Positions 10,087 through 18,317 of a stretch of DNA of 64,000 nucleotides are shown here, one piece after another. This DNA is from a virus: positions 41,614-105,613 of the IMG/VR virus record IMGVR_UViG_3300025120_014919. One strand, given 5' to 3'. A program made the position numbers and the translations under genes. Below the pieces are notes generated by a model. That model was not told the DNA's origin and made no database searches. It was given only the letters and a program-made list of their open reading frames with translations. Every line of letters starts with the position of its first letter. Within the stretch, counting starts at the first letter, position 1.

Positions 10087-10332
10087 ATGCAAGATCAATT
10101 TATTAACCCTCAGCAAATCCGTTCACCATATACCGGTGAAACAGTTAGACCTACATATAACACATATGATGCCAATGGCAAAACCTATGAACAAGCAGTT
10201 ATGTCTGACCCAGTTACAGGTCATATAATTAAAAAAGGTCTTGTTTCTATTAAAGATACAAAGACCGGGGAAGTAATACAAGATTACCATTCAGCTTTAT
10301 CTCAAAGTAATACAACACAAAGCAGAGGTTAG
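10087..10332 (+). CDS. Hypothetical protein (late-promoter class)
   Basis: 81 aa; repeated SPYTGE/DPVTGH/DTKTGE turns; TAAATA-N5-ATG upstream. Confidence 0.7.
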   Translation: MQDQFINPQQIRSPYTGETVRPTYNTYDANGKTYEQAVMSDPVTGHIIKKGLVSIKDTKTGEVIQDYHSALSQSNTTQSRG

Positions 10333-10334
10333 AC

Positions 10335-10362
10335 TTGAAATATAGTATATTGCATTTATAAT
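10335..10362 (+). promoter_or_regulatory. Sigma70-type promoter of primase
   Basis: TTGAAA-N16-TATAAT-N6-GTG. Confidence 0.7.
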
Positions 10363-10368
10363 TATAAT

Positions 10369-11400
10369 GTGATAGTTATACCAGAGCAATACGTTGTAAA
10401 CGTTTTATATGAGAATATCTATAAGATCTCATATAATAAATACAATAAATCGTATAACGGTTGTTGCCCTATTTGTAAAGAAGGTAACTCGTGGGGTAAG
10501 AAAAAACGATTCTATTATATACCTGATAAAGAGTTAGCATATTGTCATAACTGCGGATATAGTAAAAAGGCTCTTACATTTATAACTGAAGTAACTAATA
10601 AATCTTTACATCAAATTATAAATGAAGTTAAAGAGTTTGATGTAGAGATTTTACCTATAGAAGAACCAATAGAAGTAAAAAAGGTAATAGATAAAAGTCT
10701 TCCGGAAGATTGTATTAACTTATCTGATATAAGTCAAATAGAGTACTATAAAGATAATGCAGTTGTAAAAACAGCTTTACAATTAATTAAAGATAGAAAA
10801 CTTGATAAAGGTATTAATAAACCTAAAACGTTTTATATATCACTAAAAGATGTAGTGCATAAAAATAGATTAATATTACCGTTTTACGATGAAAATGATG
10901 ATATAATATTTTATCAATCTAGAGGATTAACTAAAAAGGATCTATTTGAAAGACCGAAATACCTTAGTAAGGTAGGAGCAGAGAGAAGCTTATACGGTAT
11001 GCAAAATATAAATTCTAATTTAGATAACGTGTTTATATTTGAAGGTCCGATTGATAGTTATTTTGTTGAAAACGGTTTAGCTACTTGTGGTATTACCGAA
11101 AGAAGTGATAAGATGTTTACTTCTCTACAGAAGGAGCAGATCAATAAACTAAACTTATATGAAAAAATTTATGTGTTAGATAATCAGTACTGCGATAAAG
11201 CAGCTTTAAGTAAAAGTATTATATTGGCTGATAATAATGAAAAGGTTTTTATATGGCCTAAAGAATTAAAACGCTTTAAAGACTTTAATGATATATGCGT
11301 GGCTGGTAATAAAGACAAAATAAAACCTGAATTTATATTAAAAAATACTCATTCAGGTCTTAAAGCTAAATTATTATTAACTGAGATTAAAAATAGTTAG
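10369..11400 (+). CDS. gp61: DNA primase (gp61-like), GTG start
   Basis: Zn finger CPIC...CHNC, TOPRIM FEGPID and VLDN, KDFND. Confidence 0.92.
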   Translation: MIVIPEQYVVNVLYENIYKISYNKYNKSYNGCCPICKEGNSWGKKKRFYYIPDKELAYCHNCGYSKKALTFITEVTNKSLHQIINEVKEFDVEILPIEEPIEVKKVIDKSLPEDCINLSDISQIEYYKDNAVVKTALQLIKDRKLDKGINKPKTFYISLKDVVHKNRLILPFYDENDDIIFYQSRGLTKKDLFERPKYLSKVGAERSLYGMQNINSNLDNVFIFEGPIDSYFVENGLATCGITERSDKMFTSLQKEQINKLNLYEKIYVLDNQYCDKAALSKSIILADNNEKVFIWPKELKRFKDFNDICVAGNKDKIKPEFILKNTHSGLKAKLLLTEIKNS

Positions 11401-11945
11401 TTACGTTTATATTGACCAAGATCACGGTAACCCATTTGATCTTGCAAAAATCCTTTTAATATCTCAAATTCTTCTCCACTTAGATTAACTAAGTATTCTA
11501 ACTCAATATCTCCAATAGAATCAGCGAACTTTTCAGCCTTATCTTCAAAATTAGAAGAATCGCCTACTGATTCATCTTCTTCATTACTTTTTCTAACGTA
11601 TTCATCTTCATCATCATCATAATCCCAATCATTGGCATCAAAATTTTTAAAGTTTTGTACCATTTCATACTCTTCAGGAGATAAAATAGACAATTCTTCA
11701 AGAGATGTATTATCTAAGTTATCTTCTTCCATTTCACCGTGAGTCTTATTAGATTGAGCACTTGGAGGTCGAGTTTTTCTATATCTACCACCTGAACCAT
11801 CTCTTGCAGCGTCCACATTACTTGGAGCACCACCACGTGACATATCATATGATTTACCTTTTGGAGCTTTAGAAGTGCCAGCTTCCCAATCTTCAGTTAA
11901 AGTTTGTGTATAAGCTTCGAAAATTAAATTTTGATCTGTATTCAT
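11397..11945 (-). CDS. Acidic hypothetical protein, candidate head-internal protein
   Basis: 182 aa; N-terminus MNTDQNLIFEAY; TAAATA upstream. Confidence 0.65.
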   Translation of the reverse strand: MNTDQNLIFEAYTQTLTEDWEAGTSKAPKGKSYDMSRGGAPSNVDAARDGSGGRYRKTRPPSAQSNKTHGEMEEDNLDNTSLEELSILSPEEYEMVQNFKNFDANDWDYDDDEDEYVRKSNEEDESVGDSSNFEDKAEKFADSIGDIELEYLVNLSGEEFEILKGFLQDQMGYRDLGQYKRN

Positions 11946-11960
11946 TATTATTTAAATAAG

Positions 11961-12377
11961 TTAGTTAAACTTATATTTAGGATCATTAGCACCTGCTAAA
12001 TAACCTTTTAAGATTTCACTAAGTGAAGAAACTTCCATCGCAACTCTAGCAATCTTCTTTGTTTCGGCATTTGAAATACTATCAAAAATTGTATCTCCTT
12101 CAGCTGAATTAAGCGAAGTTTGGATACTATCTGAAGTACCATTCAAGTAATCAGAAAATTCATCCATTTTTTGGATCCAACTATTTAACTCCTCGAACAT
12201 TTGTTTTGATTGAGAGCTTATTGGGCTATCTCCTTCAGGTACATCGACATCAAACTCATCAATCGATGTGTCGGGATCTAATGTAGAAGCCATTGCTTCT
12301 TGATCAGTTAATTCATCAGTATTTTCATCATCTTGCTCTCTTAAAAACTTAGAGAATCTTTTTTGGTATAAGCTCAT
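11961..12377 (-). CDS. Acidic hypothetical protein, candidate head-internal protein (start revised from 12422 to 12377)
   Basis: TATAAATA-N5-ATG at 12390-12377 gives MSLYQKRFSKFLREQ. Confidence 0.7.
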   Translation of the reverse strand: MSLYQKRFSKFLREQDDENTDELTDQEAMASTLDPDTSIDEFDVDVPEGDSPISSQSKQMFEELNSWIQKMDEFSDYLNGTSDSIQTSLNSAEGDTIFDSISNAETKKIARVAMEVSSLSEILKGYLAGANDPKYKFN

Positions 12378-12382
12378 ACAAT

Positions 12383-12394
12383 TATTTATAAATA
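12383..12394. promoter_or_regulatory. Palindromic bidirectional late promoter TATTTATAAATA
   Basis: Perfect palindrome containing TATAAATA on both strands, each 5 nt from an ATG (12377 on -, 12400 on +). Confidence 0.8.
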
Positions 12395-12399
12395 TTAAT

Positions 12400-12771
12400 A
12401 TGAGATATACAGGAAAATTCAATGATTTTGTAAGATTACTTGAAGAACAAGATATGATACCAGATTCTAACAGGCAGGTATCCGGGATGGCAACTGAAAA
12501 TGAGCCATTAGCAACTAATGTTAATGACTTTTTTTCAAGTATTCAGAGGAAAGATGTATCACCAGAAAACATACCATATCCGTTGAATGAATTTGATAGC
12601 GTAGCTAGTGACGCATACATAGCAATACAAAATTTAGAAAATATATTAAAAATAGCTGAAACTAATGCAGTTATAAAAAATAAAAATTCTATAAGACCGA
12701 TAATGGGTGAACTTATGGATTTAAAAAAAGAAATAGTTGATATTACGAATAAAGTCGGTAAAATAAAATAA
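12400..12771 (+). CDS. Hypothetical protein, candidate head-internal protein
   Basis: 123 aa; MRYTGKFNDFVRLLEEQ; late promoter. Confidence 0.7.
   Translation: MRYTGKFNDFVRLLEEQDMIPDSNRQVSGMATENEPLATNVNDFFSSIQRKDVSPENIPYPLNEFDSVASDAYIAIQNLENILKIAETNAVIKNKNSIRPIMGELMDLKKEIVDITNKVGKIK
12737..12764 (+). promoter_or_regulatory. Sigma70-type promoter
   Basis: TTGATA-N16-TAAAAT-N6-ATG (12771). Confidence 0.65.
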
Positions 12772-13133
12772 TGAAGAAGATACTAACCTCTTTAACTCTT
12801 ACCATTTTAGTAGGTTGTCTATTTGGTATATTATTTAAAAGTTTTTCAGTATTTGCAATTGCAATTATTTTACAATTTTTGTTTTTCTATTTCTTCAATT
12901 CAGCATATGAAAATCTACTCGTACAAAGAGTAGTAACTGCAAATATTGAGTTAGAAAAATCAAAAATAATAAATACCCTTGAAGTAAAATGCCCTTGCGG
13001 TGGTAAACAGGATGTTTTACTTTCATTTAGTGAAGATACTATATACAGGTGTAATGAATGTAAAAATGAGGTAAGAGTAGCAGTTAATATCGGTACAGCT
13101 TTAGTAACTAACCCTATATTTACGGAAAAATGA
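12771..13133 (+). CDS. Small membrane protein with Zn-ribbon
   Basis: Two N-terminal hydrophobic helices, then CPCGG...CNEC. Confidence 0.7.
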   Translation: MKKILTSLTLTILVGCLFGILFKSFSVFAIAIILQFLFFYFFNSAYENLLVQRVVTANIELEKSKIINTLEVKCPCGGKQDVLLSFSEDTIYRCNECKNEVRVAVNIGTALVTNPIFTEK

Positions 13134-13528
13134 ACGAATTAGAAAAACTTACCAAAGAAGTTAATCAAGACGGGTTTATTAAAAATAAAGAGGTTAACAA
13201 AATTGATATAGACGATATCGTTAATTTTTTTACAGATGACAATTTTGATAATAAAAGTAGGGTCATTGCCGGTAGAGTGTTTCAAAAAAATAAAAAAAAC
13301 GATACCATCGAAACGTTTTTTAAATTAATTGAAGGGGAAATTAAAAAAATAGAATCTAAAAATAATAAAGATCCTGACAATTCATTTTTTAATCTTAATA
13401 AAAAGATTTTATCTAATAATATATACAACCTTAAAGAGATTATAAGAACATACGATATTGATAACGAAAAAATATTATATTTTTTAATAGGAACTTTGAT
13501 ACAATATGTATATGAGTCAAAACGTTGA
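13130..13528 (+). CDS. Hypothetical protein
   Basis: 132-aa ORF, ATGA overlap with the previous gene. Confidence 0.65.
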   Translation: MNELEKLTKEVNQDGFIKNKEVNKIDIDDIVNFFTDDNFDNKSRVIAGRVFQKNKKNDTIETFFKLIEGEIKKIESKNNKDPDNSFFNLNKKILSNNIYNLKEIIRTYDIDNEKILYFLIGTLIQYVYESKR

Positions 13529-13769
13529 TATAATAGAAGAATATGGTATAGATTTTGTAGCTAGATTTGCATGCCTCTATGAGGGTGTAAATACAGCATG
13601 TGATAGAGCTGAAAGGCTAGGTTACGATACCCAGACGAGTAATGTTTGGTGTAAACCTACTGCTTTACAAAAATATGTAAGTGAAAGGTATTTAGATATG
13701 AAACATGAAATACAATTACACCAGAAAGGTATTAATACAGATGAAATTTATCCCTGGAGCAAAGTTTAG
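13512..13769 (+). CDS. Hypothetical protein
   Basis: Overlapping ORF; start 13506 or 13512. Confidence 0.6.
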   Translation: MSQNVDIIEEYGIDFVARFACLYEGVNTACDRAERLGYDTQTSNVWCKPTALQKYVSERYLDMKHEIQLHQKGINTDEIYPWSKV

Positions 13770-13947
13770 TAATAGTACAATGAAAAATACAAAACTCTTT
13801 AAACCAGGAGTTTTGTATATACTAAAAAACATTAATAAAACTGAAGAAGGCTATACATATACCTTTACAGTTAATGGTGAGTCTAAAGACATTAAGTTCA
13901 ATAGTGTACAGCAAGCTGATGAGTGGTTGAATACTATTATTTTTTAA
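13741..13947 (+). CDS. Hypothetical protein
   Basis: Likely start MKFIPG at 13741; overlaps both neighbours. Confidence 0.55.
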   Translation: MKFIPGAKFSNSTMKNTKLFKPGVLYILKNINKTEEGYTYTFTVNGESKDIKFNSVQQADEWLNTIIF

Positions 13948-14747
13948 TAATAATCACCATATACATCAGTATTGTTCTGAGACATATCAAATATATCATT
14001 TTTACTAACGTTATCTACATTGTAATCGTCGTACCCTGGCTTCTTAGTTTGTGATTCTGGGTTTGTACCTCCGCTTAATCTACCACTAAATGAATCTTCA
14101 AATACTTGATTATTACCTGAAATACCTTCAAACCTATTACTTGCGTTTTTATTATTGAAAGGTATATTAGGTTCGAAACTATAATCTAGACGTTTAGCTT
14201 TTAATAAAAATACGTAATGACCTCCTAATTGATTCATTGCTAATATATCTTGATCTAATTTTTGTGTAATTTCAAAATATTTACCTTGTCTATCATTCGG
14301 TCTATCGTTACCATATTCACTTAATTGGAATATATCACCTGCTTTAGGCTCAACTATACTGTATTGATTTTCAAAGGCACCACTTAAAGTAAAAAAGGTA
14401 TCGAAAAAACTAGATATATGAATATATGCAGTAATTTCATCATCACTTTCAAAACCATATTGTGAAAGAGTAATTGCATTTTCATTTAAGGTTGCTGCTA
14501 AAATTAATTTTCTAGGCTCAGCAAATACTTTATTAGGGTCTTCACCGTAAAAATTATCTGCACTTAATACGTTATATGTATTGACGAAATAATCTACCTT
14601 TGTACCATATAAATTAATTTGTTCTCTCCACCAATTACTAAACAAAGTTCTTTCATTTTCCTGAATAGATTTATCAGAAAATCTGAAACAAGTTTCATCG
14701 GTTTGTACTAAACCTGGGAAATCACAATTATAATCTGGTTGGCTCAT
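13944..14747 (-). CDS. gp14: Neck/head-completion protein (gp14-like)
   Basis: EQINLYGTKVDY, FYGEDP, LSQYGFESDDEIT, EPKAGDI, FEIT. Confidence 0.75.
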   Translation of the reverse strand: MSQPDYNCDFPGLVQTDETCFRFSDKSIQENERTLFSNWWREQINLYGTKVDYFVNTYNVLSADNFYGEDPNKVFAEPRKLILAATLNENAITLSQYGFESDDEITAYIHISSFFDTFFTLSGAFENQYSIVEPKAGDIFQLSEYGNDRPNDRQGKYFEITQKLDQDILAMNQLGGHYVFLLKAKRLDYSFEPNIPFNNKNASNRFEGISGNNQVFEDSFSGRLSGGTNPESQTKKPGYDDYNVDNVSKNDIFDMSQNNTDVYGDYY

Positions 14748-15073
14748 CTTTCAATTACAAATTTATTTAAGTTAGAATCAAAATACAATTTAATACCAGT
14801 ACTACCTAATTTTTTAACTTCACCTTTATAGGGTATTACCTTATACTGGCTTTTTATATAATCTAAATCAACAGGAAAGCATACTTTCTTACCATGACCG
14901 TCTCTTAATTGTTCAATTTTTTGATTTTTAGATGGATCAGTTTTTAAGTAATCAGCCATTATGTTACCTTTTTTACGACTATTACTATTTGGTATAACTT
15001 TTCTATGCCAGTGTTCAACCCCTGGTTTAGGCTTCTGATATTTATTCTCAAAAAACTTATCAAATCTTAACAT
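14744..15073 (-). CDS. Basic hypothetical protein, candidate head-internal protein
   Basis: 109 aa; MLRFDKFFEN; TAAATA-N5-ATG. Confidence 0.7.
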   Translation of the reverse strand: MLRFDKFFENKYQKPKPGVEHWHRKVIPNSNSRKKGNIMADYLKTDPSKNQKIEQLRDGHGKKVCFPVDLDYIKSQYKVIPYKGEVKKLGSTGIKLYFDSNLNKFVIER

Positions 15074-15087
15074 ATTTATATTTATGG

Positions 15088-15116
15088 AAAAAAAAGCACA
15101 ACCAAATGGTTGTGCT
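15088..15116 (-). terminator. Rho-independent terminator
   Basis: Stem AGCACAACC/GGTTGTGCT with a 4-nt loop and a T-run on the minus strand, downstream of gene 16010-15138. Confidence 0.8.
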
Positions 15117-15137
15117 CTCTTTAATTATGTATTTTTT

Positions 15138-16010
15138 TTATTCGAAGAAATCTTGTCCGGTATGTAACCCAACTTTATTATTTTTACCTTGTAAATGAGC
15201 TTTCTTATCTCCTAATTCCTTAGGTTCTGCTTCAACATACTTTTTAGTTGAATCAGATGCTTTATTACCTTTTGCTTTAATTGAACCTACTTTATTATTC
15301 TTTGACATTAATGATTGACCTGCAGAACTTGGAACTTCTTTCATCTCAACTGCTTCTTGATGAGTATCGTCTTCCTCTTCTTCTGTATCTTCTTCTGCCT
15401 CTTCCATTTCCATTGAATAATCTTCATCAGCATCTGCTTCTTCACTATCATCATCTTCATCTCCCATTGCTGCTTGCAACATGTCGCAAAGTGACTTAGC
15501 CATATCACGATCAATCGTGATTGTAACTTCGTCTGATTCGGTTTCACCCACTTCGGTATCGATACCGAGTGCGTCCAATTCTTGTTCTTGGTCTGAGTGA
15601 CCCATTTCTTCACCCATCACATTTTCAAATAATTTATCAAAAGTAGATTTCATAAAAATATTTATACTCTCTTTTACTTTTTTCTCGATTTTTTTATCTT
15701 TTTTATCCTTTTTATTATAATTTTCTGCAGAATACTTATCACTATCATATAATTCGTCTTCCTTCTTGCTATGTTTAGGATCTATAGGTTTATTTAAACC
15801 ATCAATTTCATAAACCGGTTCCGTGGTTCTTGGTCCTTTAGAATGCTGTTTATTTTTAGATTTATTAGAGTTTAAATCAACAGCACCGGGTCCTGGTTTC
15901 ATTCCCATATTTTTAGTACCACCTTCAATAGGTCTACCTGCTTTACCTTCGCTGATAATATTATTATTATATGTATCCCATATTTCGGTTAGAGTATTTG
16001 CTCTTGTCAT
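15138..16010 (-). CDS. Charged low-complexity late protein, candidate prohead core/internal protein, with nested in-frame start at 15653
   Basis: 290 aa with basic and very acidic blocks; TATAAATA-N5-ATG at both 16010 and 15653. Confidence 0.7.
   Translation of the reverse strand: MTRANTLTEIWDTYNNNIISEGKAGRPIEGGTKNMGMKPGPGAVDLNSNKSKNKQHSKGPRTTEPVYEIDGLNKPIDPKHSKKEDELYDSDKYSAENYNKKDKKDKKIEKKVKESINIFMKSTFDKLFENVMGEEMGHSDQEQELDALGIDTEVGETESDEVTITIDRDMAKSLCDMLQAAMGDEDDDSEEADADEDYSMEMEEAEEDTEEEEDDTHQEAVEMKEVPSSAGQSLMSKNNKVGSIKAKGNKASDSTKKYVEAEPKELGDKKAHLQGKNNKVGLHTGQDFFE
15659..15666 (-). promoter_or_regulatory. Intragenic late promoter TATAAATA with in-frame ATG at 15653
   Basis: Minus strand reads TATAAATA-TTTTT-ATG AAA TCT, in frame with gene 16010-15138. 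Confidence 0.7.
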
Positions 16011-16028
16011 TTAAATATTTATACGTCA

Positions 16029-17714
16029 ATGGTAAAAAATAAACAAAACTATATGAATAACCCTAATTTACCTGTGGTTGGGGCCGAATTCGAGTATACT
16101 CCTGAAATGGTAACAGATTTAAAGAAATGTCAAAAAAATATTTTATATTTTGCAGAAAGATTTTTTTATATAATATCTCTAGATGAAGGTAAACAAACTA
16201 TAGACTTACATTACTGTCAAAAAAGAGCTTTACGTAAAATGAGAGATAATCGTTTTTTTATATTATTAGCGAGTAGACAGATTGGTAAAACTACTATGAT
16301 GACAATTTATGCTTTATGGGTTGCTTGTTTTAACTCAGATCAAAGAATATTAATTGTAGCAAATAAAGAAGGAACTGCTTTAGAAATAATGAGCAGAATA
16401 AGAATGGCATATGAAGAATTGCCTAATTGGTTAAAACCTGGAGTTAAAGAATATGGTAAAACCGCTATAACGTTAGCCAACGGTACACGAATAGGTATAT
16501 CAACAACCACTGGCACTGCTGCTCGTGGTCAATCAGTTAATTGTCTTATATTAGATGAGCTTGCCTTTATTGAACCACATTTGGTTGACGATTTTTGGAA
16601 ATCAGTATATCCTATTGTTTCTGCATCTAAAAAATCTAAAATCTTTATAGCTTCGACTGCTAACGGTACAGATAACCTCTTTTATAAACTCTATTCAACT
16701 GCTGATAATGGGGAATCTAATTGGGCTAGTGATAGAATATTGTGGGATGAAATACCAGGTAGAGACGAACGTTGGAAAAACGATACTATATCATCGATTG
16801 GTTCGATGGAAGCATTTAATCAAGAATTTAACTGTGAATTTATATCTAGCGGTGAAAGTTCAGTTAACGATGAATTATTCCAAAAACTTGCTACAAAAAC
16901 GTCTGAACCGTTATTCGTATTTGATGATGGTAAGTATTTACTGTGGGATGAACCTAAAGAAGATAGAATATATGTTGCTAGCGTCGATACAGGGGAAGGA
17001 TTAGGTAAAGATTCATCTGTAGTGCAAGTTTTAGATTATACAGACTTAACTAATATTAACCAAGTAGCTGTTTATAGTAATAATGAAATCGGTCCATATA
17101 ATTTCTGCGAAAAAGTATTTGAAATATTACAGCATTGGGGTAACCCTTTAGTCTGTGTTGAAAGAAACAATAGTGGGGGTCAAATAGTCGATATATTAAA
17201 AAATACCCATAATTACGATAATATAGTATCATGGGGTAGTAAAGTAGCTGGTAGAAATAAAAGTCAATTAGGTATAGTTTCTCATACTAATACAAAATAT
17301 AAAGCAGTTACTAATATGAGATATTGGGTTAACGAATTAGAGTCAGTTAATATAAATGATTTAAGAACTATAAAGGAATTGAAAAACTATGTAAAAGCAG
17401 CTAACGGTACATGGAATGCGAAGAAGGGATATCACGATGATTTAGTCACCTCACTAATGTGGAATCTTATTATATTAGCTGATGAGTTAGTTGAAACGTA
17501 TTTTGAGGTGGTAAAAAGAGACTCAAATAATAAACCTTTACAACTACAGCAAATGGAGTTTGGTATTAAATACTTTTTAGACCCAACTTCATTATATACT
17601 AATGAAAAACATGGTCAAGTAAATGCTTTACCAATTGTTATAGGGAATACAACTAAAACTGATAATGACATACAACAATTAGAAGCACAAGGATATAAAA
17701 TATGGCAACAATAA
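16029..17714 (+). CDS. gp17: Terminase large subunit
   Basis: ASRQIGKTT Walker A, LILDELAF Walker B, ASTANG, nuclease VDTGEG and HDDLV. Confidence 0.96.
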   Translation: MVKNKQNYMNNPNLPVVGAEFEYTPEMVTDLKKCQKNILYFAERFFYIISLDEGKQTIDLHYCQKRALRKMRDNRFFILLASRQIGKTTMMTIYALWVACFNSDQRILIVANKEGTALEIMSRIRMAYEELPNWLKPGVKEYGKTAITLANGTRIGISTTTGTAARGQSVNCLILDELAFIEPHLVDDFWKSVYPIVSASKKSKIFIASTANGTDNLFYKLYSTADNGESNWASDRILWDEIPGRDERWKNDTISSIGSMEAFNQEFNCEFISSGESSVNDELFQKLATKTSEPLFVFDDGKYLLWDEPKEDRIYVASVDTGEGLGKDSSVVQVLDYTDLTNINQVAVYSNNEIGPYNFCEKVFEILQHWGNPLVCVERNNSGGQIVDILKNTHNYDNIVSWGSKVAGRNKSQLGIVSHTNTKYKAVTNMRYWVNELESVNINDLRTIKELKNYVKAANGTWNAKKGYHDDLVTSLMWNLIILADELVETYFEVVKRDSNNKPLQLQQMEFGIKYFLDPTSLYTNEKHGQVNALPIVIGNTTKTDNDIQQLEAQGYKIWQQ

Positions 17715-18286
17715 ATCAATCACAGTTAAATAAAGGAAGGTTAGATAAGTTTTTACTTGTTTTAAATTTACCAACCGCTATGCGAGCTGATACAAAAAAG
17801 ACTTTAACTGGTAGAAGTAATAAAAATACAATACAAGATAGTTTACAATTTTCAGTATACGGTTCTATAGTGCCAAAAGTCGTAGTCCCGGAAGAAACAT
17901 TAGGATATGCAGGTCAATCATTTAAAAAATCGACACATACAAGACCTCCATATGAAAATATTACTGTTAACTTTACAATTGATAGTGAATTTAATAATTA
18001 TTGGGTAATTTATAAATGGCTAGATTTAATGAATGATGAAAAGACGTCACATTTTAATTCTAAAAAAGCCGCCGGTACAAATAAATCATTTAAATCTCCT
18101 GACTTATACCAAACAAATTTTTCTATTTTTGCTAAAGATGAATTTGAAAAAAATAAAGTAAAGTTTACTTATACTAATGCTTTCCCAGTAAGTTTAGGTC
18201 AAATAAGTTATAATTATAGGCAATCGGGTGAAATTGAAACTACCTTTGAATTCGCCTTTTCTCAAATGATAGTCGAATTATTGTAA
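17702..18286 (+). CDS. Tail tube-fold protein (tail completion gp3-like)
   Basis: YENITVNFTIDSEFNNYWVIYKW and FTYTNAFPVSLG are tube-family patterns. Confidence 0.65.
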   Translation: MATINQSQLNKGRLDKFLLVLNLPTAMRADTKKTLTGRSNKNTIQDSLQFSVYGSIVPKVVVPEETLGYAGQSFKKSTHTRPPYENITVNFTIDSEFNNYWVIYKWLDLMNDEKTSHFNSKKAAGTNKSFKSPDLYQTNFSIFAKDEFEKNKVKFTYTNAFPVSLGQISYNYRQSGEIETTFEFAFSQMIVELL

Positions 18287-18306
18287 ATTTTTAACTCGGG
18301 AAGCCA

Positions 18307-18312
18307 TAAATA
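18307..18312 (+). promoter_or_regulatory. T4-type late promoter core TAAATA (sheath); representative of about 25 sites
   Basis: TAAATA-N5-ATG; the same geometry recurs before most structural genes on both strands. Confidence 0.8.
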
Positions 18313-18317
18313 ATTTT

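Noticed and set aside
16029-17714. Intein or intron in terminase, helicase or primase
   Set aside because: Lengths are normal and no splice-junction or homing-endonuclease motifs were seen.
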